Source: Octopus sinensis
Taxonomy: Eukaryota
DNA: 64,000 bases
Direction of reading: 5' to 3'
Assembly: GCF_006345805.1 (NCBI RefSeq)
Contig: NW_021834222.1
Span: 8,816-72,815 of the forward strand
This document shows positions 37,826 to 52,219 of the stretch, one piece after another. Each line of letters opens with the position of its first letter. Position 1 is the stretch's first letter. Below the pieces are notes generated by a model. The model saw only the letters and a list, made by a program, of their open reading frames with translations. It was not told the origin of the DNA and did not search any database. Made by a program: the position numbers and the translations under genes.

Positions 37826-37830
37826 CCTCT
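37520..37830. repeat. (GAT)n/(GAC)n/(CAA)n and (ATT)n trinucleotide tracts
   Basis: Direct inspection. Confidence 0.9.
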
Positions 37831-38387
37831 TCAATATTATTGTAGCGTTAATGAGGTGCGGCTGCGGTGAATTTAGACCAAAGGAACCGAAATATAACAA
37901 CGACAACAAACAACTCAAACAAAAAAGAAAAAACTAAAAGAAAAGGGTCAGAGGTCAGTTGTAATTGGTTACGTTTCATTAGCGGTCAAAGGTTTTTTAA
38001 AGCGTTTTTGTTGTTGCTGTGGTTTGTGTTTTTTGCGGTTTACCACTGTGCACGGATGACGGCGGCGTGGGTGGGGGTGGTGCAGGGGGAGAGTCAGCGA
38101 TGGCAGTCTTTAAAGAACATTTTAAGGATGACCAGGAATGGCTCGCCAACACCCCGCCCCCCCACTCCCGCGCACCCACACCGCCGCTCCTCCCTCGTCT
38201 CCTTTTGTCTACTTAGCATTAGCATCAGCTTCTTGTACTGCTCTCCCTTCTTCTCTCTGGCAATTTACATACGTACACACACACACACACACATACGCAC
38301 ACGCACGAACACACATAAACACACGCATACACACCCACACGCACATGTGTGTGTGCACGTGTGTGTATGTATGTGTATATAGATATA

Positions 38388-38431
<44 letters not shown>

Positions 38432-38481
38432 CAGATAGATATAGGTTTGTATGTGTGTGTGTGTGTGTGTGCCTATATATC

Positions 38482-38513
<32 letters not shown>

Positions 38514-38639
38514 GGAGAGAGAGAGAGAGAGAGAGAGAGACGGCGATGGGTAGGTAGGTATGTGTATGAAAGTTGATGTTCGGGTATATGTCCGAAAATG
38601 TGTATATAAGACATGTTTGAGTTCACGGAAGCGAACATT

Positions 38640-38719
<80 letters not shown>

Positions 38720-38889
38720 TGAAATAGTAGAAAAGGGTGAGAGAGAGAGAGAATGAGAAAGAAAGAGCTGTAGAGTCTCAGAAAAGGAAAGCGAAAGAGG
38801 AGAGAGATGTAGTTGTAGAGAAAGAAAGAGAAAGCGAGCGAGTGAGAGAGAGAAGAGAGAGAGGGGGAAAGAGAGGGAGAAAGGGAAGA

Positions 38890-38920
<31 letters not shown>

Positions 38921-39763
38921 AGAGAGAGAGAGAGAAAAGAGAGAGAGAGAGATGCCGAAGGTGTAGTAAGTTGTTCGTTCGTTGTTCGCTGAAAGATATG
39001 TAATTAAGTTAAATAACATCCGTGAGGTAATTACGCTTTTTATTGGCAACTCCGCCCTTAATGATTACAAATTGAGGAGGACTTTCGGGGTGGAAGGGGC
39101 AGGAGGAAAAGAAGGGGACGTCTGTAGTCAGCAGGGATCAGATGAAAGAAAGAGACAGAGAGAGAGAGAGAGAGAGAGATTAGGGATGAAAGTTTAGGGA
39201 TGAGGCGGAGGAGAAAGGAGAGTACTTGAGAACTGCATGAGAGAAAAAACACGTGTGAGTATTGTGATGATTAGGGGACAATATTGGAGTTGGCTGTGTG
39301 TATGTATGTATGTATATGCGCATATCTGTGTATTTGTGCGTGTGTGTGTGCATGTGTGTGTGTGCGTGTGCGTGCGTGTGTGTGTGTATACATATGTATG
39401 GATGTGTGTGAGTATATGGATGTGTGTACGTGTCTGTAGATGCGTACGTATGTATATGGTGTATGGATGTGTATTTGTATATATATATATATGTGTGTGT
39501 GTGTGTGAGTGTGTGTGTGTGAATGTAGGTATATACTTTTGTGTGAATGTATGTATATATCTGAAAGATCGTGTGAGTGAGTGTCTGCGAATATATATAT
39601 GTTAATTCATCTTTGTATGTATGTATATATATATTATATATATGTATGTACCCGTGTGTGTGTGTATGTCTGTATGTATCTTGTTTGCAAATATTTCTTT
39701 CTGCGTCTGTTGGTGTCTGTATTATGAGGGTGTGTGTGTTTGTGTTACTCCGTGTGTGTGTTG

Positions 39764-39794
<31 letters not shown>

Positions 39795-40559
39795 TGTGGT
39801 GTGTGTGTGTATGTGCTTGCAGCCATGGCCGAATGGTTAAGCAGTTTACTCGTCGTCAGGAATTAAAGGTCCTTGGTTGGGTTCACAACGCAGCTCGACA
39901 ATATTTTATGGCGAATGAAGTACTCAATACATGGCGCTGAAAAACGTTTGGTTTGTTTCGTTGTATTCTTTTCTGTTGACTCACCTTTCACCTCACAAAC
40001 GTCTCGCTCGGGAATCGCTGTTGTGTGAAATTCGAATCGACCTACGGAAAAAGAAATCAGTTTAAAAACACTACATACATATATACCCACATTTAGCAGT
40101 CTCTGTATACATACATGCATACAAACATACATACATGCATACATACCTATATACACACATAGCTACATACATACATACATGTGTACACACATGTGTACAC
40201 ACATGTGTACTTGAGTACATGCATATATATATATATACACACACACGCGTACAAAGGAAAACGATTAACTTAACTGGATTTTTCGTAAACCTTATTATAT
40301 ACCTCTTCGTTTTGCTATCATCTCTAAGGAAGACCTTAACCTGTTAAACAAATCCTTTGAAATATACAAACTTTTGAGAAAGAATATATAACATTTAGGG
40401 AATTGTTGCAACTGCATTGGGAAGCGCTTTTGCCTGTTAATCCTGGTTTCGACAGTTTATACAGATTATTGAAGCGGTAAAATTTTGGGTGAAGCTATCT
40501 ATAGCTTTGATAGAAACGTTGTGTCTATCAAAGGTTTTAGTATATCGATGGTCTATAAG

Positions 40560-40818
40560 CAGTGTTTCTTAACCATTTTTTTTTACCTACGGATCTCTTT
40601 GATTCCTTTTTTACTCGGATGGATCTCCATAACCATTCCATGTTTAAAAATTTCTATTATATTTTTATAATGAAATATTATTAGTAATTTTATATGGAAA
40701 TTGTTCGAATATGTTTTTGAACTGTAGAAGTCTAACCACTTTATGGAGCATAGATTTTAAAAAGAAAAATCTTGTATGGACCGCTAAGGGCCAAATGGAT
40801 CCAAACTGAGAACCACTG
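40560..40818. mobile_element. hAT-like MITE
   Basis: Termini cagtgtttcttaacc ... tgagaaccactg match the CAGTGGTTCTCAA hAT (Charlie-type) TIR; 8-bp TSD not preserved. Confidence 0.55.
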
Positions 40819-41157
40819 CTCCATGGGTTATTCATAAACTTTAGAAAAATCCGGACTATATTAGAATGTTCAAATTTTATCAGGATTTTCCTAAACCTTA
40901 CAAATCAGATGAAACAGGAACGAAAAGTTGGTAGGGTGGGTGTGAGCTATTCCCTTAAGTTTGAAAGCTGAGAGTTTTAGAGAAGGACAAACGAAAAGTC
41001 ATGACTTTCATGCATCTCCTGCGGGGATTAGGGGATTAGCATAAAAAAGAAGAGAAAGAGAGAGAGAGAGAGAGAGAGTAAAAAAGAAAGAAATGTGAAA
41101 AGAAACAAATCCAAATGGCAAGTGAAACCGATTATAATGGCACGCCTTGGTGACTGT

Positions 41158-41191
<34 letters not shown>

Positions 41192-42478
41192 ACAACAACA
41201 ACAACGAAAACAACAACAACGACAACGACAATTAATTTCAATGATTTTGCTGATAATTTGGAAGTTGAATGTTTTGGAAGAAAACAAGAGAAAGTCCAAA
41301 ACAATAATAGAAATAAATGGTGCGTTACATGGAGAGGGTGACATTTATAGATTAAATCAAAGTTTGTAAATGTGTCTTTTGAAAGAACACCATGAAAAGG
41401 GTGACATGTGAAACACGTCAGTGAATGTTTGTTAACAGAGAAGTTAAATAGGAACGTCAGGATACGGAGAAGCCATCAACCTTTTAGAATAGAAAAGAAA
41501 TTGTGTAAAACTAAACGTGGTGGTTTTTTCGAGTAAAACTAAGCAAGTTTCCTTCTTAATGAAACATTTGGAAAGGGAGCGATGTGAAATATCCCCAATT
41601 TCAATTCTTGTTGATTATAAGAAAGAAGATAATCAGAAAGGTTCCACTCTTGGAAATTAGAAAATATAACCAATGTACGTCTGATTAATAATTTTCTCTC
41701 ATTCTTCGGTAAATGAAATGATGTTTATGTTTCGGTAAGAAGGTCTAATAAGAGCAAAACATGTCCGCAGTTGTCTCCCATATTTGCTGAAAGAATTCGA
41801 ATGATTAAATATGGTAACACTAACTTAACTGAAGCAAGAATTCATACTCTATTACCAACCAACAATATCCTACCGTTGAATAATGTATAACAGAAACAGA
41901 CCAAAAAGCAGAGGCGGTAGAGCATCGGATAGAATGCTTCGCAGATATTTGTTTCCACTGTCAGCGCTCTCAGTTCATATCCCATGAGGTCAAAATTGTC
42001 TTTCATCTCTTTGGGGGTTGATAAAAGAAGGCCAATCTCGCACAGTGGATTTGCAGATCTGTAAGAATGTCAGAGCGGGCGTCTTGCAATATTTTTCCGG
42101 CTCTTTACGTCGTGAATTGAAATATCTCCATGGCCGACTTTTGTAGTAACCCGGTTCCAAACTCGACATCAATATCTGGTACTTTGGGGCGTTTTCCTGG
42201 GATCCACTCTATTGTAAGCATTCGGACAAGTTTCTGGTTTGAAGATAAATTTCCCCCTTCCCACTAATCTAACAAGTCTTGTAGAAAGTCAGAGGGCACT
42301 GCCTTCTCTCCTGACTAAAAGATAAAAAGAAAAAGCATTCAGCCCAGCCCCTTAATTGTGTCATGGAAACAGAAATACGCGTGGTTTTGTATCTGCACCC
42401 TAAATTATTAAACGGCAAGACAAAGCTAACGACACGTTTGACAACAACAACAACAACAACAAAAACAACGTACACATA

Positions 42479-42743
42479 CAAGGTGTTCAAAAAGTCTCTC
42501 CGCAGTAAGTATTTTATTGTAAAATATTTATAAGATGCTATAAGACTACAAAAGAATATATTAGACTTTACAAGACTTAAAAAAGAAAAAAACCTTATAA
42601 GAGGTGTTGAAAGTATCGTCCTTCATTTTCAATACACAAATTGACTCTTCTACATATGTTTTGAAATACATATTGGAGAGTCTGACTCTTGGAGAGACAA
42701 GATAAAAAAAAATTCACGGCGAAAAGATTTTTTGAACACCCTG
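42479..42743 (-). mobile_element. Internally deleted Tc1/mariner element (265 bp)
   Basis: TIRs caaggtgttcaaaaagtct / agattttttgaacaccctg with TA on both sides; retains the transposase C-terminus (RRVNLCIENEGRYFQHLL*). Confidence 0.75.
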
Positions 42744-43515
42744 TATATTTTTCCATACCTTGGGCTTTATGAGTTGGTCTGTAGAAAGAGTCTGTGCCAA
42801 ACAGTGCCATTCTCTGAATAGAGTTTGGTTAATTGTGAATCATGTCTGTCTGAGTCTAAGATTTTCTGCTGTCAATTATTTTATGATAATTTCAGTTTTT
42901 CTTCCCTGTATTTCTACATTTAATATACGTATTCTATATTCGTATTAATATTATATATCTCTAAATTCTAAATATTTATACACCTAATATACTTCTGCAT
43001 ACGTTTTATTGTTGTATTCCATTTTTCTACATCTATTATAATAAAAGCGAATTGTGTCTGTCTGGGACCCCTGTATCTCAGCCTACATTTACTCTGCATA
43101 GACGTATTATACCATTTTAGAATCAGGATGATTCTTGGATTGAAAATTTGCCTTTCATTTGGTTCTTGAAATCCAGCATTGGGATCTGATTTAAAAGCAT
43201 TCGGGTTGCTATTTCTAGCTGGTAAAGCTTGGCTGATTCACGCCATCTTAGTTGGTGTTTCTCAGATGACGTCAGAGATCAAGGGGAAGATAAATTACAT
43301 TCGCTTCGTTAATTTTACACCGAGATAAAAACTTTGAGACAAATTGGCCAACAGTTGGAATTCAACTTGGGACTGCAACAATAGAATGATTGCATTAGAG
43401 AATTAATTCTCATCCATCCTTAACCTCTGGTCAAACACCACCAAGATAGAGAGTCATTATAGACGAATTATAGCCATGCTATTTAGCTCTCTTCAGTTTT
43501 GGGCCGCAGGCCCAA

Positions 43516-43650
43516 TTAGCTCTCCGCATGAGCTCTCCGCGTGAGCTCTCCGCGTGAGCTCTCCGCGTGAGCTCTCCGCATGAGCTCTCCGCATGAGCTC
43601 TCCGCATGAGCTCTCCGCATTAGCTCTCCGCATTAGCTCTCCGCATGAGC
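43516..43650. repeat. 13-bp GC-rich minisatellite (~10 copies)
   Basis: Unit GAGCTCTCCGCRT. Confidence 0.9.
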
Positions 43651-43911
43651 CAGCTTGAAAGTCCGTACGAAGTGCAGCTTTTAAGCTAATGCCATATATT
43701 TCTATAACGTATTCTATATTTTCTACATTTTTTGATAGATTCTATACTTGTATATTCTATTTGTACAGGAACTTGCAGAAGAAGAGCGATCAAAGAACAA
43801 CTTCAGGGTTGCCGAGAAAGTATCTAGATGGCTCTGATTGAAAAGAGGTGATCGGGTAGCGCAGTAGAATGTCGTTTGGATCTGAGCCAAGGCTTGATTA
43901 ACCTAGGTCTG

Positions 43912-43959
43912 GTCACCTGTATGAAGGTGTCTGTTGTAAGAGCCGAAACAGCCAGTGAC
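43912..43959 (+). ncRNA. Degenerate hammerhead-like motif (H6)
   Basis: GUCAC-CUG(U)AUGA-A-GGU..UCU/AGA..GCC-GAAAC-AGC-CA-GUGAC: 5-bp stem I and stem II remain; core insertion and stem III deletion. Confidence 0.35.
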
Positions 43960-44189
43960 TCCAGGACACTACACTGACGATGTACCCATCTCTAGATGTA
44001 TGTCGAACTTACATCTCTATTTATGTACAAATATTATTAATTTCGAAATTATATTTCGGTCTACATATTTCTATTTTCTAAAATGAGTTAAATTGTATTT
44101 AATTTTTACATTATAAATCTTTTGCATTTCATTTATTTCTACGATGTAATTTATTGCATATTTTGATTCTACGCATTATTCATTTCTAC

Positions 44190-45603
44190 ATTTCTTTGTT
44201 TCTGTTGTACCTATATTTCAAAGGGCCAGCCTTGTCACGCTGAATCTCACCGAGAACTATCAGGTCATCCCATAAGTTCTGTCCGATTTTAGCTTTTTTT
44301 AAAATTGAATGAAATTTAATAATATTTTTGAATATCTAATGGAGTCAAAAATCCTTTTTATGCATTTGTGTACATTTAAACTAATTAAATAATATTTTAC
44401 AGAATAATAGAATTAAAATTTCTTTGATTAAAACCATTTCTAACCTGGAAGTATCCAAAGAGCATTTGAGGCACATAATGCTTTATGAGTACAAAAAGGA
44501 AACTCTGCAGCCGAAGTGACATACATTCAGTTTATGGGAAAGAATGCTTGAATGAAATAATTTGCAGAAGATGGTTTGCAAAGTTCAGAAGTGGAGGTTT
44601 CAGCCTTGAAGATGAAGATCGAACAGGACGTCCAGTTGAGTTTGATGATAAGCTCCTTGAGGCATTACTTGAAGAAAATCCTGCATTATCAGTTGAAGAA
44701 TTTGTAATAAAGCTTACTTCAAACTATACAACTGTTCATCGTCATCTTCAACAACTAAGAAAGGTCCCTAAACTTGGAAAATGGGTGCCTCATGAAGTGT
44801 CCGAAAGCAACCGCAAATCCCGAGTTGACATCTACTCTTCTCTCCATTCTCGCGAACTTATTTCATCCCTTTTGGATAGACTTGTGACTAATGACGAAAA
44901 ATGGATCTTCTATCGAAATGTTAAATGTCGTAAACAGTGGCTTGGTAAAAGGGGAAAGGCTCAACCACAGCTGAAAAGGGAACTTCATGGGAAAAAAGGT
45001 TCTTCTCTCTATCTGGTGGGATTGCAAAGGAGTAATTCATTTTGAATTGTTGCCGCCTAATGCAACAATCAATGCTCAAGTCTACTGTTAGCAATTAGAG
45101 CGTTTGAACCAAACTTTGAAGAAAAAAGACCTGCTTTAGTGAATCGAAAAGGAGTGATGTTTCATCCGGACAATGCACGACTCCACACTGCAAAGATCAC
45201 ATCACAGAAGATCGAAGAGCTTGGGTGGGAAAAAATTCCTCATCCACCTTATTCTCCCGACCTTGCTTCTTCAGACTACCATTTGTTTCGTAGGAGAGTA
45301 GGTCGAAACTGACATTTCAGAGTTCTTCGCTTTGAAACCAAAAGAGTTTTACATTGATGGGATTAAAAAGCTTGTAAATAGATGGAAGGAAGTCATAGAT
45401 AATCAAGGAAAGTACATTGATGATTAAATTTCAATTAAATATAACATTTGATCACTTGTTTTCTTTATTCAAAATTCGGACAGATACATTAAGAATACAC
45501 GTGTCTGTGGAGTGCTCAGCCACTTGCACTTTAATTTCGCGAACAGGCTGATCCGTTGATCGGATCAACTGGAACACTCGTCGTCGCAACCGATAGAGTA
45601 CCG
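44190..45603 (+). mobile_element. SINE family C split by a mariner
   Basis: gagaacTA | mariner | TAcattaag restores the SINE-C sequence gagaactacattaag seen at ~3124. Confidence 0.8.
44260..45484 (+). mobile_element. Mariner (DD34D) transposon with decayed transposase; right TIR missing its outer ~18 bp
   Basis: Left TIR tcaggtcatcccataagttctgtccga; WVPHEV, TNDEKW, HPDNARLH and HPPYSPDLASSDYHLF motifs; ends NQGKYIDD*; right end aaaattcggacaga then TA. Confidence 0.9.
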
Positions 45604-45734
45604 TGATCTTCTATTTCAAACTTTAATGATTTTTATATTTTATTTATTTGATAAACTCTGTTTACTTTAAAATTATATTTCATTCTATTCGTTTACGTAG
45701 CTTCTTGAACAAGTTTTCACCCGGTAATATTAGT

Positions 45735-45930
45735 TTTCAACATTTGACACAAGGCCAGCAATTTCGGGGTTGGAGTTAAATCGATTACATTGTTCAACTG
45801 GTACTTATTTTATCGGCCCTGAAAGGATGAAAATGAAAGTCAATCTCGGCAGAATTTGAGCTCAGACCATAAAGGCGGACGAAATGCCGCTAAGCATTTT
45901 GTCCGGCGTGCGAACCATTCTGCTAGCTCG
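45735..45930 (-). mobile_element. SINE family A (alternative tail), diverged
   Basis: aactggtacttattt...gcagaatttgagctcag...ccgctaagcattt. Confidence 0.7.
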
Positions 45931-48900
45931 CTGCCTTTTCATCCATTGATATCAAAAACAGCCAGCCATGACAATCACGTCATTATATGTAGAACTACAT
46001 TATTCAAGAAGTTCTTCCTTTCTATTTTAAATGATGTGATTTCTTTGAGATTTGGCTACTATTTCGCGCAAGTCGAGCGACCACACACACACACAGGCTC
46101 CCTATTAGACTCATCTAATGCTTTTATTTTACTTGCTAGATTGTTTTTTTGTTGTTGTTATCATTTAGCTTCAGGTCAGCTTCGAACGAACAAACATGAT
46201 CAAAGATGTTCCAACCATGACCATCCCATTTTTGCGTTATGTATCGTTACACTGGGACTGCGTTATCTAATGCGTTTTTTTTTCTAAGATAATCGAGTGG
46301 GATCTGAGGCAAATCTAGCTGATACGGGTGGCGACAGTAAAACCACCCATAGACGGCCATTGGTGTGGCGCTAGTGAACTTTAGCCGGTTGGGGGTAAGG
46401 GTGACTTCGTGAGGCTAATGTCTTATTGCTTTTTGCCTTAGTTATCATCATTGCTTGGGCCACCGTGTGGTTATCAAGTATGGTGAATCTAAAGTGGAAC
46501 GGCGTTTGTGCCGCTTCCTCTATTTTTAGTAATACTCCATTTTGTTGCTATTGTCATGTTTGATACTGTTTAATCTCAACCGTTAAGCTTGAGCTTCTGA
46601 GATCAGCTTTAATTCTCTATCACTAATGTCTGCTGTAGCGAGATTATCTCAACTGGATTCCACCTATCTGCGGCTTTTAATACAAATTATAATGAATAAA
46701 TTATCAATTAACTGCTAATATCTAAATTTTAACAATCTTCATAAATTATTTCATTACAAGCCCAACGACATGATGTCAACCTTTTGATGGGCCCTTTATG
46801 ACACAACTGGCACCAAGTCTGGACATAGGTTAGCAGCAGAGGGTTGATCTGAGTCTGCAAAAGAATAAACACCAGAAAAGGAAGCTAAAAATTATGTGTG
46901 TGTGTGTGTGTGGGGGGGGTATTGTACTGAGTGGAGCACTATGTCTACCACCCAAAGATCACGTGGTGATGCTAAACAGAGCTGGCTGTATGGTTTACCA
47001 TACAAGGACAAAAGGACGGCGTTAGAACATGCGTGACTGAAGTCCTCCAATATACAAAATAATATTAAAAAAAAAAAAGAAATTTTGATTAGCATATTGT
47101 ATAGAGTGCTCAGATGTGTCGTGACTGGTCGGAAAAGGATAAAAGAAGGGACAGAAAGTAGCCGTTTACGAAAGGCTGCAACGATAGCGAAAAGTGCGAG
47201 CATAATCAGTCATTTTAAGGTATTGGTACACTGGGCAATTGGGCCTCACGATTCTAGGGTGCCAGTTATGCTGTGGTTTGCTGACACTAAATATATACAA
47301 TAGGGCCTAAAGCATTGATTTACCTGGGGGCCTATGATACTGCTAAGACGGGCCGGGGCATAGTGCACAGAATTAAATACAAAAACAGAAATGCGATGAG
47401 AGAACTGAAGAAAATATTTTCTTTTTTAAAAAGGGCAAAAAAAAAAAAAAGGCAATAAATGGCCACTGAAGACTAGAAATTGTGGCAGCTATTATTGCAA
47501 AAACGGTAAAAATAACTTTACTTTTCTTGTTGACAAGATTTCATCAGAATTTAGTGCCGGATAACCACATAGTTGCCCGATCCGTCTTTAACTGCCATCA
47601 CAATTGCACGTGTCTGTGACGTGTGGGCTGTGTTTACCTGCATGTTTAACGTGTGTAGAGAAGTGTTTGAGACACGTGTTCACACCCCTCCTCTTCCTCC
47701 TCCTCCTCCTCCTCCTCACTATCATCACCATCATCATCATCTCCTTCTTCTTCTTCTCCCCTTCTCCCCCCTCTCTCTCTCTCTCTCTCTCTCATTCCGA
47801 CTCCAACACAATATTGATGTTTTATTTTCAGTTGAAACGTTAATCTCGGCACGTGGCTTCCCTTATCACCGTCAACCACAGCTCGTTGCAAGATGGGGTG
47901 GGGGATAGGTGAGTGTTTGACACAACGAGACAACCTTTAGATGGTCTCAACAGATGCTAGAAATAGCAGTCAAATTACCTTTAAAGTACACATCTACCTT
48001 ATTAAAAGCATTTTTTTTAAATATCACATTAAATAAAGTAGTATTAGATACAGGATACAGAGGTTGTGGTGGTCACTGCTGCAATAGTGTTGCTCATTGG
48101 TCTGGTGGATAAGGGTCAACCTCTGGTTAAACAACAACAACGGGTACGCTCCCCTTCTACTCCATCCCTCTGTTCCTTCTCTCTCTTTTTCCCTCTGTCT
48201 TTCTCTCTCTTTTCTCTCTGACCTCTCCTCTACTTCTTGCTTCTCTTTCCACACTCTCTCTTCTACTTCCTCTCCCTGCCACTCCTTTATTTTCATTGTA
48301 TTTTACTCTGTCTTCATCTGCCTTTATCCTCTGCTCCTGTTCTCTCTCTCTCCTACGTTATCTCTCTGTCTCTCTTTCCCAATTACGAGTGCATTCTGTA
48401 TCGCCCTCACTCTCCCACACATATGTAGACACGCACACACACACACGCACACACACACACATATACACACACGCACATACATCCGCAAACGCATGCTTCT
48501 TGTGTTTCATTCGCACACGATTGCATACATACGCACTCTCTTTCTCTCTCTCTCTCTCTCTCACACACACACTCACACATTCTCATACAACAGAATCGCA
48601 TATACAAACTCACACACACCATCTCTAGTCCTCTCTCCCCTCCTCTTTTTTCTCTCTCTCTCTCTCACTTTCAGCCTCTCTATTTCCAGTTCTTTGTGTT
48701 GCAGTTCCCAGTCTTTCCATGTTTCGCCCTCACCCCACCCCTGTAACGCCTCCTCGTTTGTTTAATCTCACTGACATCGCATGGAAACCAGAGACACACA
48801 CACACATACAAACACTTACATGCATCAACATGCGCATAAACACACATACACGAACATGCACACACGCTCTCGTACACACACACACACACACACACACGTA

Positions 48901-49282
48901 CACAGCTAAGGGCCAGGTGAAAGTGTACAGAAGCAAGAGAGAGAGGAGGCTGTGATTAGCCATTTACATGGAATGGAGAATAGGTGAGGGGGGGAGAATA
49001 AGGAGGAGAAGGAAGAGATGAGTTGTAAAGGAAGGTGTTTGGGAATTGTAGCAGACGATATTGAAATGGAGAGAACAATGATAGAGAGAGACAGAGAGAG
49101 ACAGAGAGAAAGAGAGAGAGAGAGAGACAGACAGAGTCAGAGAGAGAGGGTGGGAGAGAGAGAGGGAGAAAGAGACAGACACACAAATGGACAGCGACAG
49201 AGATAGAGAGAGACAGAGAGAGTGCGAGACATAGTGAGGGAGAGATACATAGATAATCAGATCGAAAACTGTAGATAGACAG

Positions 49283-49397
<115 letters not shown>

Positions 49398-49398
49398 G

Positions 49399-49437
<39 letters not shown>

Positions 49438-49438
49438 G

Positions 49439-49503
<65 letters not shown>

Positions 49504-49923
49504 TTAGATAGGCAGATAAAGAGACTAAGATGTATACACACACATATATATATATATATAAATATATATATATATAAATATATATGGATTGACTAGGAAT
49601 ATAGATACACAAATACTCAGAAAGATTGTTAGTTAAACAGATAGGTAGACAGACCGATAGATAGATCGATCGATCGATAGATAGATAGATAGATAAATAT
49701 CTTTATTGGCCACGCGATAGAGAGAGAGAGAGATAGACAAAGAATGTAAAAAGTCAGAGAAAGAAGAAACAAAATGGTACGGGAAAGATAAAATAGAAAA
49801 TAAGTTGGGCATGGTGGGGGTGGATTGCAAAGTGAAGAAAGAGAAGAGGAATAAAGTTTAAATGAAGTAAAATGAGGGAAGTGAGAGGGAGAGAGATAAA
49901 GGGGGGAGAAGGAGAGAGAGAAG

Positions 49924-49976
<53 letters not shown>

Positions 49977-50889
49977 GAAAAACGAAAAGATAGAGAAAAT
50001 CTTTGCAGGAAAAGACAAGACAAATAAAAGACTAAAATAGAGGGAGGTGGGGGAGGAGGAGGAAAGTAAAGGAGGTGAGAGGTTGAGTAAAATAAGATGG
50101 CGGAAAAGTTAAGGCAATAATTAGAATAGTAGAGGGCGAGGTGTGTGTATATACACATACATGCGTACATACATACATTGCATGTACACACACACACACT
50201 CGGAAGTATATATATGTGTGTGTGTGTTAGTGTGTGTGTTAGTGTGTGTGTGCATACATATATTTGTGATTTATTGTATTTTGTGTTGATTGATGGAAAG
50301 AGAGAGAGAGAGAGAGATAGAGAGGGAGAGAGATTAAGGAGAAGAGCAGGGGCCACTTGACTAAAACACTTGATAGGAACGCAATAAAGAGTGAATTAAA
50401 TATATTTGATATTTGATATGAACGTCTGAGGTGAAAAGGGGTTTGAGATGATGATAGAGAGACAGTAGATGGGATGGGTGAGAGATGATGATGATGATGA
50501 TGATGATGCAGGAAAGAAAAGAGAGAGGGAGAGAGAGAGAGGGAGAGAGAGAGAGGGAAGGAGGGAGAGTGTTGTTTTTGACTAATCTTGAAACGTACGT
50601 TCTCAAATAACCTTAGCATTTGATTTTTCGATGTCCTTACCCCCAAACTTTTGTGAGTTGAATTAAGCAAACACTATATATGAGAGAGATTTTCGTTAAG
50701 TATTAGAAATAGCTTTAAAAAAGTTTTTTAGCTGCTATTTCTAATGAGTTCAGTATGCGGCAAAGTAATTTATTTTACTAAGCCCTTTTATATAATGTAA
50801 TAATTTGAATTCGCCTTGAATGGTCCCTTTGCATACTGAACACTTGGTGAAATTGATTAATAATTAATTAATTTTGCCCTCAATTGTTG

Positions 50890-50935
<46 letters not shown>

Positions 50936-50947
50936 CATATATATATA

Positions 50948-52167
50948 CGGGGTTTGGACAAAATAATGGAAACAGCTTAAAATTTCAAGCAAATTCATTT
51001 TAATATGGGGCAGGACCGCCTTTGGTAGTAATTACAGATTGAATTTTACGAGGTATGGACTCGTACAAAATTTGAATTGTTTTCAAGGGAATTTTTATCC
51101 ATTCTTCAGCTAAAACAGTCCCCAGTTCTTGTAGTGATGATGGTGGAGGATATTGACTCCTTGCTTGTTTTTCTAAAGTGCACCATAAACGTTCAGTAAT
51201 ATTGAGATCTGGTGACTGTGGTGGCCAGATAAGATGTTCAACTTCACTAGAATGTTCCTCGTGCCATTCAATAACAACTTTAGCTGTGTGAATTGGTGCA
51301 TTATCATCCTGAAAGATTGCATTTCCCTCCTTGACTATTTTAATTCTGCCATGAAGGGAAACCATTGGGCTGGCGGATTCCCAAGATATAACCCCCCACC
51401 ACCACCACCAGATCATCACTGATCCTCCCCTATGTTTAACAGTTAGAAGAAGTCAGTCTAGGTCAAATGTTTCTTTTGGCTGTCTCCACACATATACACG
51501 GCCTGTGGTCGGAAATAAGGTAAAGGATGACTCGTCTGAGAAAATAATATTCTTCCACTGCTCTTGAGACCAATTCTGTAGGTTTTAACTCCACCCTAAA
51601 CACTTTGCAACGTTTGTTTTTGAAAGTAGAGGTTTTCTGATTGCTGCCCTCCCGTGAAATCCGGTTTTGTGCAGCTCCCGGCGAACAGTTTTAGTGGAAA
51701 CTAGGTTTTCGAGGTGGTCATAAAGCTCCGCAGTAATTTTGGGAGCTGTACTTTTGTGATACTTTCAAACAATTCGTGGTCCGTATCTGAAAGTTTTGGT
51801 TTTTTTCCGTAGTTTTGTTTCGACGAAGAGGTTTTTTCCCTTTTTTTCAAAGGCTGTCATTACTTTCGAAACAGTGCTTCTTGAAACACTAAACATTTCG
51901 GCTGCTTCCGTTATGCTAGCACCTGCCATACGGGCACGAACAATTCGACCTCTTTGAAAGTCCGATAGATCTGTCATTTTAATGAATTTTAATTACCTTT
52001 TTCTGATGGTATCTGAAAAAAACACACCAATTTTAGCAAAACATATTAAGCAACACCAATAATGAATAAAAAAAACAAACATAAAAATAAAAAGGCTTTT
52101 GAAGGTTTTATAGATATTTCTAAATTATTATGCTATGATGCTAGATGTTTCTATTATTTTGCGAGTG
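50948..52167 (-). mobile_element. Tc1-like (DD34E) transposon relic
   Basis: MTDLSDFQRGRIVRARMAGAS...; IFSDESSF; QDDNAPIH...WPPQSPDLNITE; degenerate TIRs (caaaataatggaaaca / tgtttctattattttg) in TA context. Confidence 0.88.
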
Positions 52168-52219
52168 TATATATATATATATATAATCAAAATAAGCAAC
52201 AAGAATAACTCCGGTAATT

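Noticed and set aside
37482-37937. 151-aa acidic poly-Asp/poly-Ile ORF
   Set aside because: Produced by (GAT)n and (ATT)n tracts following a SINE array.
43974-44015. CUGACGA...GAAC second hammerhead candidate
   Set aside because: GAAA is incomplete and there is no convincing stem I or cleavage triplet.
47495-47530. Minus-strand CUGAUGA with a UCUUG/CAAGA hairpin
   Set aside because: GAAA overlaps the stem and no stem I/III closure was found.
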